From Ministeria vibrans ATCC 50519 (taxonomy: Eukaryota > Protista > Filasterea): 64,000 bases of DNA. Position 1 is the stretch's first letter, and each line of letters starts with the position of its first letter. Below are positions 38,488-48,386 of this stretch, in pieces. Made by a program: the position numbers and the translations under genes. The notes under the pieces were generated by a model, which saw only the letters and a program-made list of their open reading frames with translations, made no database searches and was not told the DNA's origin. The stretch is taken from positions 1 to 64,000 of the forward strand of contig CALSCP010002154.1 in assembly GCA_943704425.1 (NCBI GenBank). Direction: 5' to 3'.

Positions 38488-39039
38488 TGCACTCGGTATT
38501 TGGAGAATTTGCAAGTGGGAGATCGGCTGACAGTGTGCCTGAAGCCATCGGTGATGACCTTGCCCGAGGACGACAGTGCGCCTATCATTATGGCGGGCCT
38601 GGGCACTGGACTTGCCCCGTTTATGGCGTTCATTCAGGAGCGCAGTGAGCGTGCGGCGCAAGGGATTGCGGTGGGTCCGATGACGCTGTACTTTGGGGCA
38701 CGGTACCGGGCAGCGGAGTATCTGTACGGGGCAGAGCTGGAGGCGCAGGCGGCGACGGGTGACGAAGCACTGGCATTGCGTTTGGCCTTCTCGCGTGACA
38801 CCTCACGCAAGGTGTACATCCAGCACCTGATGAAGGAGGACGCTGTGCAGCTTAAGGAGGCGCTGCTCGACAGCCCCAACGGCGCCTTCTACCTGTGTGG
38901 GCCCACCTACCCCGCCGGCGACGTTCACGACGCCATTGTGGGGGCCTTTGTCGCGCACGGTGGACTCTCGACTACCGACGCCGAGAAGAAGATCCACCAG
39001 CTGAAGGAGGACGAGCGCTATGTGCTTGAGGTCTACTAA
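38488..39039 (+). CDS. MET10: Sulfite reductase flavoprotein (alpha, MET10-type), last exon only; 5' part lost at the gap
   Basis: Acceptor (t)12acag| then CTRYLENL..KPSVMTLP..PIIMAGLGTGLAPF..YFGARYR..EYLYG..AFSRD..KVYIQH..FYLCGPTYP..ERYVLEVY*. Confidence 0.85.
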   Translation, partial: CTRYLENLQVGDRLTVCLKPSVMTLPEDDSAPIIMAGLGTGLAPFMAFIQERSERAAQGIAVGPMTLYFGARYRAAEYLYGAELEAQAATGDEALALRLAFSRDTSRKVYIQHLMKEDAVQLKEALLDSPNGAFYLCGPTYPAGDVHDAIVGAFVAHGGLSTTDAEKKIHQLKEDERYVLEVY

Positions 39040-39178
39040 GCTCAAAAAGAAAACATGAAGAAGAACAATGCAAAACTATTTTTTTTAATTTTTTTTACTG
39101 AAATGAAAAAGCATGCAGAACAACGCAACGCTCGTACAAGATTACTTCAATAATAAGACTCGAGTCATATATTTTATT

Positions 39179-40943
39179 TTAGTACTTGTAGTTTGCCTCA
39201 AAGAGACTCTGGGCGGCCTCGGCATCGCCTGAGCCTCCGGCGTACTTGCCCTGCTGGGCCTCGCCGTTGGCCTTGGCGCGCACCATGAGCGCTGCCTGCG
39301 CGGCGGGCACGTGAGCGGCGTCTCCCTTCCACGTCTTCAGGACGGTTGCCTGCAACGCACGTCCAAACGAGAAGGTCAGCGACCAGGGCTTCTTAGCATT
39401 GATGGAGTTCATGGCGTTGAGGTGGAGCGTCGCACTCTCCTCTGACTGGCCACCCGACAGGAAGGTGACGCCGGGCACGGCCACGGGCACGGTGCGCTGG
39501 AGCACAGTGAGCGTCGCCAGGCCAATGTCGGCCGGCGTGTACTTGGTGGGGCACTCGGCGCCCGGACACACCATGTTGGGCTTGAGCAGTGAACCCTCGA
39601 GGAACACGTGGTGGTCCGCAAGCGCCTTGTACGTCGCCGCAAGCACACGCTCCGTCACCGCCACCGCCACACTCAGGTCGTGTGCGCCGTCCATCAGAAT
39701 CTCAGGCTCGACAATGGGCACAAGTCCGTTCTCTTGGCACAGCGTCGCGTAGCGTGCCAGCACCTTGGCATTCTCTTCAATCGCCAACTGTGAAGGTTTT
39801 CCCGTGGCCACGTCGATCTTCAAAGCGCAGCGCCACTAAAACAGAACGGGAAAAGAGTCAAAAAAAAGAAACGTGGTAGAAAGTGTTGCGTTTTGTCGAT
39901 TACCTTGGCGAAGCGAGCGCCGTCGGCGTAGTACTTGGCGCATCGCTCGCCAAGACCGTCAAGACCCGCAGTGGTGGTCTCCTCGTCTGTGCCGGGAATG
40001 TTCTTAAGTCCCTATACAAACAAAGAAAAGATGATGTGTGAGTGAGACGATTGCTACATGTAAGAGAGGGTAAAGGTTGAAGAATAAGACAAAGGGAGTG
40101 TGTGTGGGGAGGAATGCACAGATATGCAAAAACAGTGATGGTGTGGAAAAAAAAGATGCATTGCAGAAAGAGCGCGAGCGAGCGAGTGAGCGAGTGAATG
40201 AGTGTGTGTGTAGTTCAACATTTTTGCATCGTACTTTGTCGACTTTGATGCCGGGAATGATGCCCTTGGCCTTGAGCACCTCGGGAAACGACACACCATC
40301 GTCGGTCTTTTGGTAGAGGGTCTCCTCGAAGAGAATCACGCCCGAAATGTAGTCACCCAGGTCTGAGGGACGCACAACGTGTGAGTAAGTGGGAAGTGCG
40401 AGACAAACTTGCGCGGATGAGATGCCCAAAGCGGCGGAATGAGCGCGCAGCGGCGCACACAGAGACACGGGAGCAGTGCAAACACGCCCATGTGGTGCAG
40501 GGAGGGACAGACAAAGCCAAGGGAGCAGGAGAGAGCAGAGATGCGCACCAGTGCGTGTCATGGCAACGTTTGTGCGTGACACGGCAAAATCGGCACGGTG
40601 CAGGCCATTTAGCACTCATCAATGTTGAATATGCACTCTATGTACATGGCCCACGGCGCTCAATCGCAGAAAAAGCGCCTTTTTTTTTTTTTTTTTTTTT
40701 TTCGGGATCAGACAAAAAAAAAAAAAAAGAAGAAGAAGAAAGCAAAAGTTTACTTTCAGTGGTGAAAAGAAGTTGCCTGTACGCGCGGCGGTTTTCTTCG
40801 TTGTTTTCAACGCTGATCGGAGCAAAGCGCTTGCCGATGGTGCCGGTGCTCTCGTCGGCGGCCAGGATGCCCTTGCCGGTCGCGGCAATGGCGTTGGCCG
40901 TCGCGGCAAGTTCGGCGCGTCGTTCGCTGCTCAAGTGGGACAT
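39179..40943 (-). CDS. Fructose-bisphosphate aldolase class I, 4 exons
   Basis: [75 protein letters not shown]-terminal Tyr. Confidence 0.96.
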
Positions 40944-41187
40944 GGTGGTCGAGTGGAGGTTTGAGGAAGAAGTGGGAGTGGGGTGATAATCAATCTGATC
41001 AGTGATCTTACTTCTTAGTGAAAGTGATTAATGATTTATTTCATTTGACTTTGTGATTTTTGAGTGATCATTGTTTATTTATGGCACCACGATTGAGTCT
41101 GTCGGCTCACTCTGCACTCCACTCTCTGAGTCTCTCTCCTTTAACACATTTTTTTCTTTTCTTCTCACTTTGCCTCAAGTCAAAGCG

Positions 41188-41933
41188 ATGGCGCCAAAGG
41201 ACGACTACGACTACGTGCCGTGGGCGCTGCCCCCGCCCGTCTACGCGCTCTTCATCTTCATGCTGGGCACGCCGCTCGTCGTCGCCAGCGAGCTGCTTGA
41301 CTTCGAGGGGCGTCTTGCGGCGCTGCTGCCCTCCGATGCACACAAGATGAGCCTGCTGTGCCTGGGGGTGTTTGGTGTGCTCGTGGCGACGCGTGTGCTC
41401 ACCGGCATTGTCCTTGCTGCGCGCTGCTCCGAGCAGGTGCCCTATCCCTTCCTCTATGCCTCCAAGCACGACAAGATCGGAAAGGACGTCGACCGGTATG
41501 GACGAGGGGGAGTGATTATGAGCTCTGGGTGTGTTTGGGTTGCGTTGATTGGTGGTGTGTGTGTTCTTGTTTGTGTTTGTGTGTTTGTGTGTTTGTGTGT
41601 GTGTGTGCTACTAATTACTCTTTCACCCTTTGTAGGTTCAACCGAGCCCAGCGAGCCCACCAGAACACTCTCGAGTCCCTTGCCGAGGTCTTTGTGGCGG
41701 CCGTGCTGGTTGCGACGGTCGTTGATCGTCCTCGGTACGCCGGTGCGGCCCTCCTGGCCATGTCGCTCCTTCGCGTGCTCTATGCGTACGCCTATGTCAG
41801 GTCCACCAAGGCCCGCAACCCGTGGTTCTTCCCGTTCGCCGCAATCTGGTTCAGCTTGGGAGTGTATCTCTTCCTCTTTGCCCTGCGCAACCTGACGCCG
41901 GTCAAGGGCGTCGCTGGCTTCGTCTTTCCCTGA
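41188..41933 (+). CDS. MAPEG-family (MGST3-like) membrane protein, 2 exons
   Basis: VLAARCSEQVPYPFLYAS, FNRAQRAHQNTLE, RVLYAYAY; hydrophobic helices. Confidence 0.8.
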
Positions 41934-42151
41934 TTGATCTTCCAAATACACTCCTTCCTTCATTTCTCTAAATTCTAATACGTAACAGTATGTTATGTCT
42001 CTATTCAGTTTAATATTATTATTTATACAGTATTCTCTAAATATCTATTCTTTGCTGAATGGCAAACGACAAATCTGTCTGAAATCATTTTTTTTTACAT
42101 TTATTTACTCTTAAACTGATTAACATTAAAATAATTCATCTTTTCATACAT

Positions 42152-42983
42152 ATGCTCAGAATTCTACACACTGTCCAATCGCGCTGTGCACGCCACACCG
42201 CCGTGCGTTTGCTCCCCACAGCGTCGTTTGCGACGGCCCCCTCCAAAGTAAGTACCGCAACGAACCGCCAATCGCTCCGTCGCACTCACGCGCCCCGCTC
42301 CCTCAGCGATGGCGCCTCGTAGACAACCTCTTTAACCACTACCGCGAAGCACACGCCCAAGAGGTTGGGCCGGACCGTGCTTGCGCTGAATTCGTCTGTA
42401 TGCAAGAAGGTACGTGAGTGCGGATGACTTGAACTTGAACTTTCCTTCCATAGTGATCAATTCTTATTGCTTGTCGTTGTCGTCTCTGTAGGCAGCTGTG
42501 TCACCGCCACCGGCACTTCCATTTTCACCCTTGCCAACATCCCCTCTCTTCCCTTCCACTTGTCGTCCATCTCCCTGGACAATTCAGGAGTCAACGCAAA
42601 TGGTTTGCGTTATGTTCAGCCGTGCACTCATGTCAACTCTCTCTCCTTACACAACTGCTACCTCATTGGCGACTCGGCCATTCACCAACTCGCCAGCAGT
42701 CTCCCCGCCTTGCGCTCGCTCAACCTGAGCGACTGCCACAGTGTGACTGTCGATGGGCTCACACACCTCCAGCACCACAGCTCACTTGACCGTCTCGACA
42801 TCTCAAACACAGCCAGTAATACGCAATGAGAAGAGAGCCAAGGGAAAACGTCAACTAAAATGATGATGATGATGATGATGATGTGTGTGTGTGTGTGTAG
42901 CCTCGGAAGAAGACCTTTGCAAGCTGAAAAAGATCTTGCCCAATGTCTCCATTAAGCATCACTGCGCCTCAAGTGTAAAATAA
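42152..42983 (+). CDS. Mitochondrial LRR protein similar to ATP synthase coupling factor B (ATP5S/DMAC2L), 4 exons
   Basis: Presequence MLRILHTVQSRCAR. WRLVDNLFNHYREAHAQEVGPDRACAEF (recalled human: WLNAVFNKVDYDRIRDVGPDRAASEW). LRRs LSLHNCYLIGD, LRSLNLSDCHSVTVDGL. End LKKILPNVSI. Confidence 0.72.
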
Positions 42984-43102
42984 ACAATAATAATAATAAT
43001 AATAATAATAATAATTATAATTATTATATTTTTGTTCTTTTAATTCGATTTTTCCACTCGATGCCACTCCTAAAGCCTCTCTCTCTTTCTCTCTCTATCT
43101 CT

Positions 43103-46100
43103 TTAAATGTCACCGAGATTCTCATGAAAGTTGTTCCCCTCGGTGGTCATCTTGACAATGCCAACGCGAATGACAAAGTCACCAAAATGCTCGCCAGCAG
43201 TGCGCTCCGTTGCATACCGGCGCACAATGGGTGCGAGCAGGGTCAGAATCTGCTCCTCGTTCACCGAGTCCTTGTACAGTTTGCTAAGGCGCTCGCCGCA
43301 GTGCCCGCCCCCCAAGTACATGTTGTAGATGCCCGGCGCACGCCCGACAAAGGCAATCTCAGCGACGTAGGGACGCGCACAGCCGTTGGGACAGCCCGTC
43401 ATGCGAATAGTGATGGCGTCGTGACGCAGGCCCGCCTCGTCTATCAGCGCCTCAATACGTCCCACCAGTGATGGCAAGTAGCGCTCGCTCTCGGCCAGCG
43501 CCAAACCGCACGTTGGCAGCGCCACACACGCCATCGAGTTGAGTCGCAGTCCCGTGTGCTGTGCGTGGTCCAGGAAGGGATATGTCTTGAGTGTCGCTTC
43601 AAGTGCCGCCCGTCCCTTCTCGCGCATCCCCCCAATGATCAAGTGCTGGTTGGCCGTCAGACGGAAGTCCCCGTGGTCCGGCATCAGCTCCGTCGCCAGC
43701 TCACGCAGCGCCGTCTTGATCGGCATACCGGGCGTGTCGCCAATGCGCCCATTCTCAATGTACATGCCGTACGTCCAGGTGCCGTCGTGGCCTTCGTGCC
43801 AGCCAAAGCGGTCGCCGTTGCTCTTGAACGTGTACTCGCGCGACGCTTCCAACGCATAGCCCAGACGTTGCTCGACCTGCAAACGGAACCAGGCAACGCC
43901 GTGGTCCTCGAGCGTGTACTTGAGACGCGCGTGCTTGCGATTCTGTCGGTCCCCGTGGTCCCGCTGCACCAGCATAACACTCTCGCCCACGTCAAGCACC
44001 TGCTCGGGCAGGCAGAAGCCCAGCGGCTTCGCAACGCACGGATACGTCTTCTTGTTATTATGCGTCATGCCCATGCCACCCCCAATCGTCACGTTGAAGC
44101 CTTGAAGTTCGCCCGATGCCTCGTCAATGATCGCAATGAAGCCCAGACAATGGGCAAACACATCCGTGTCGTTGTGTGGCGGAATAGCAAACGCAATCTT
44201 GAACTTGCGCGGCAGGTACGTCGCCCCGTACAGCGGTTCAACCTCATCACCCCCCTTGGCCGCGCTCGCTGCTCCGTCCAACTGCACTGCATTTCCCGCA
44301 ACCTGCAAGGTGAGAAAAAAGAAAGTTTTAATAACGTCATTATGATTGTAGTATTAATAATAATAAAATATAATAATTATTATTAATAATTATTATTATT
44401 AATTATTTTTTGTTGTTGTTTTGTTGTTATCACCTGTTTCTTTTTGCCCACTTCGTCGAGCAACCAAATCTCGTGGTAGGCAGACGTCTGCGGAGACAGG
44501 TGGGTACTGAGAGCACGTACAATGCGGTCGACCTCGGCGTGAGCGCGCGTGTCGTTAGGCGCGGGAGTGCACATGACGTTGCGGTTGACATCACCACAGG
44601 CCGCCAGCGTGTCCATTAGGGCCCGATTGATCTCCTGAATCGACGAGCGAAGGTTCTTCTTGATGATCCCGTGCAGCTGGAAGGCCTGGCGCGTCGTCAG
44701 TTTGACGGTGCCCGAGCCGTGCGACTCGGCGAGAGCGTCCATTGCCAGGTATTGCGCGGCCGTCGAGATGCCGCCGGGCACACGAACGCGCACCATAAAG
44801 GAGAAGGCCTTCTCAAGACCGTCGCGACGTCGTTGCTCGCGCAGGTCACGATCGTCTTGTTGGTAGATGCCATGGAACTTGGTCAGCTTGGTGTCGCGCT
44901 CGGGCAACGCACCCGTCGTCGTGTCCTGCAGTCCCTCAACAATAGTGCCACGCAAGTAGTTGCTGCCACGCTTGATGTCATCGTCGGCAATCTTGACAAC
45001 AGCCGAGTTGCTGCCGTCCGCATCCGCCGCTGTCGCCACTCCAAGTGCCGCCCACAACGACGGTACCCAGGCAGCGTAGCCTGTCTCGAATCCGTCCGCG
45101 TCCTGGTCGTCACCATAGCCGATGTCGCAGAGGGGTGTCGAGCCCAGCAGCGTGAGACGCCGGTCCATGTCGACGCCCGCCTTGCAGTAGTACGCGGCAT
45201 CTTCGGGTCGGGGCCAGTAGTGCGAGTCACCCATGGCAAATACGGCTGACTTGAGCGACGTGAGGTCGAGTGCCGTCGAGCTGAGCGCCTTCCAAAAGGC
45301 ACGCCCGTTCGATGGGAACTCTCCCTGTCCAGCGGTCGAGACGACCACGACGAGCTGTCCCTCCCCCGGCAAATTGCTCAGCGCCGGATCTTCGCTGCAG
45401 TAGTCGTCCATGACAAGCAGTTGTGTTGGAACGCCGCGCTTAGTGCCTTCCGAGGCGATGCGTGCAGCAATCTTCTCGGCGTTGCCACCGTCCGACGAGT
45501 ACAAAATGAGCGTGGGATCCGCCTTGAGACCCGACACAAGTCGCGCAAAGCTGTCCTGCAGCAGACTCGCATGATGAGCGTAACCTCGCACCAGCTCGCT
45601 ACCGCCCGTCTGTGCCAGTGCCCCATCGAGTTGCGGCTCGACGTGCGCCACGTGCGCCAAATGTTGGTCTCGCTGCAAAAACTGCTCAATGTCAGCACGT
45701 GTCTTGGCCGAGTCAAGCTGGAAGGGCTCGCCATTGCGAAGAGGATTCCAGCGGTAGAGAGGCCAGACGCCCGCATCCACCGCACGTTTTGTGGCCTGCA
45801 GCGTTGCCAAGTGACTGGCACGCGACGCCAACGCAACTCCTTGGTCAGTGCGCACAATGGGTGCGTAAGCCAGGATCACGGCGGGTCCGTCAAACGCCTC
45901 GGCCTGCTGCACCGCTTCGAGTGCCTGAGTGTACGACCAGTGCACCGCAATGGACGCCACGTAGACGCTGCCGTAGTTCATAGCATACAGACCAATGTTC
46001 TTGCGCAACTGTCGATGTGCCCAAAGACCGTCGTCGCTGTCGCTCAGCAAATCGTCGGTCGTCACCACCAACAGACGCACACGTTCGCCCGATGCCACAA

Positions 46101-47413
46101 GACTGTGCACACCCGACAGAGCCAGGTCGTCACCAAGACGGTCGCCGGCAAGGATCCACTTGGAGCGACGTTGCAACAAGTGCACATGATCACTTAACTC
46201 ACTCACCGACTCACTCTTGACCAATCGTGTGATGGTCTCTGCGACCTCATTGCACGCGTCACTCGTGTTTGTCGCAAGCCACTGTGATAGTGCCGCGCGT
46301 AGTTCCTTGGACACCTTGCCACTACAGAGGTTGTTGAAAAAAGGAAAAAAAAAAAAACAAAAAACAAATCAGCTCCCCAAATCACATCATTCACACGTTT
46401 GCAGTCGGTCAGTTTTAAAAGTTGCGCTCTTACCTGGAGATGACAGAAGTGACACGCTGCTCAAGCTGCAGTCGCAGTGTATCGTGCGCGGCAAATTGGC
46501 CAAGGGCATTTTCGCCACTGAGGGATGTTGCGGCGGACGCTTCGAGGTCGATGAGAGTGAGTGACTCGCGTGCAATCACTTGTTCCAGCAAGCGCAGGTA
46601 AGGCGCATAGCTCGGGTTTGCAGGAGTCCCGGTGGTGACGGAAGAGGCCACCACTGCATCCACTGTCACTGGCTGACAGATATTGAGCTGAGTCGCGTCA
46701 GGATCGTTGGCACTGGCAACAAGACGCGCTAAGTCGGCGGGAGCAACCGACGCACGACGACCATCCTGACCCACAATGGCGGCAAGGATGCGCGTGGAGG
46801 CGTCAACGCCGTCGCTGGAGGCAACACTTGTAAAGAGCGGACCCCAAGCGACAGTGTCAAGCACGACAATGGCCTCGATGGAGGTGGACGAGGGAAGGGA
46901 CGCAAGGAATCGCTGGGAATCCCACGGACGCACAAGTCGCACATGGACGAGGTGAAATTCGGGCGCAGTGGACTCCTTGGAAGCGTTGTAAAGAGCCGCA
47001 GCGCTTTCCAGCTCAACAGCTACCGCGCCAGTGGCAACCAGTACGATCACAGGCGAGGAAGCCGCAGCGGAGGCGGATGACGAGTCAAACGGACTGTACG
47101 ACGAGTAGAGGTCGTGCCAGATGGCATCAGCAGTGACAGCGGGTGCGTGTGCAGCGGCAGCGGTAGTGGCATCGTCGTCTGTGTCAATGAGCGAAAGATA
47201 CAACGACGTGGGGGTGGCGGAGGCGGCTGCTGAAGACGACTCGCTGTCTTGGTGTTTGTCAGACAACTGCTTCAGGTGGTGCTGGAGTGAGGCCATGGCG
47301 ACGACGGCGCTTGTGGACGCAGTCAAAGTGGATACACGAGGGTAAAAATGGACTACGGGTGTTTGCGAGCGTACTGCCATAAGGTGCGCTGAAACGGCCA
47401 TGGCGGTTGATTC
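43103..47413 (-). CDS. MET5: Sulfite reductase hemoprotein (beta, MET5-type: PFOR-like + flavodoxin + siroheme/4Fe-4S); N-terminus apparently truncated; 3 exons
   Basis: AHLMAVRSQTPVVHFY, KNIGLYAMNYGSVYVAS, WPLYRWNP, ILYSSDGGNAE, STAGQGEFP, GDSHYWPR, KFHGIYQQDDRD, KLTTRQAFQLHG, ACGDVNRN, YLPRKFK, MACVALPTCGLA, RMTGCPNGCARP. Confidence 0.93.
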
Positions 47414-47509
47414 CTTGACAAGAAAAAAAAAAAAAAAAAAAAAAAAAACAGAAATGACAGGAGAGTGAGAAGGAGAATGAGGCGAGATCCAGGACGAGAC
47501 GATGCGTAC

Positions 47510-47819
47510 CAGCGAGAAGTACTCCTTTCCGTCGACGAGCGTGCGCTTGAGTGAGGCATACGGATGATCTAGGGTGAAAACGAGCCGATGGATGAGCAAA
47601 AATGAGTTTCGGACATCCCATCACGTGAAAGATACGCCACTGTGCTCTTTGTTCGCCGAACGCCCGCCATAGACAACACACGCGTACGGCAGGATGGATT
47701 TCAGAGCGACAACTGGATCGTATGGCCCAGGAAGGGAGTGCAGTGTGTTGATGGGGGGGAGGGGGGCACACAGCGGAGTGGTCCCGCTGGCGACGCGCTT
47801 GGCTTCTCTTACCACTCAT
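47510..47819 (-). CDS. ACO1: Aconitase 5' exons (47819-47813 and 47568-47510), encoding MSDHPYASLKRTLVDGKEYFSL
   Basis: ATGAGTG|gtaaga...ccctag|ATCATCCG...TCGCTG|gtacgc. A phase-0 join to 38377 gives ..[26 protein letters not shown], the canonical AcnA N-terminus. Confidence 0.8.
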
Positions 47820-48240
47820 AGTAGGGGTCAGTTGAAGTTTGCTTGGTAAAGTTCACGTTTGATGAGAATTTGAATGATGAGACAATGATCACAATGTAAA
47901 GTGAGATCAGATCATTTTGATAAAATTCCCTTAGCTTTAAGCCACAATGAATATGTATGATTGCGTCAGCCGTCACGGTCGGATTTTGTAATGATCACTG
48001 AGTCATCACTCCTGTGTCAGGTTGACCGCAACGACGAGCGGCGTCTGCAGCGGGCTGCGGTCGGTGCACGCCGCAACTTCAGCCATTTGGATCTTGTCGA
48101 GAACGCCACACAAATCCTGCGTGAGCTCCTTGGCCGGCACACCCGCTGTGGTGCCCAAGCGCCCTGCACGAGCAAGCACACACACAAAAAAAGAACCAAG
48201 TGAGTTCTCACCCGAGTAGGGATAAACTTGTTCGTATTTT

Positions 48241-48318
48241 CACGAAATGCACGAAGATACGAAAATGAACGAAAATGAACGAAAATGAACGAAAATGAAC
48301 GAAAATGAACGAACGATG
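48241..48318 (+). repeat. 10-bp tandem repeat (acgaaaatga)n, about 5 perfect copies plus degenerate ones
   Basis: gaaaatgaac repeated at 48261-48310. Confidence 0.85.
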
Positions 48319-48386
48319 AAAGGTTCTAATAATAATAAACAATAAAACTTAAAGACTATTCAAGATAATTATTAATAATATTGAGT

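Noticed and set aside
48241-48318. CRISPR-like or telomeric repeat
   Set aside because: A direct 10-bp tandem with no spacers, at an internal position in a eukaryotic context.
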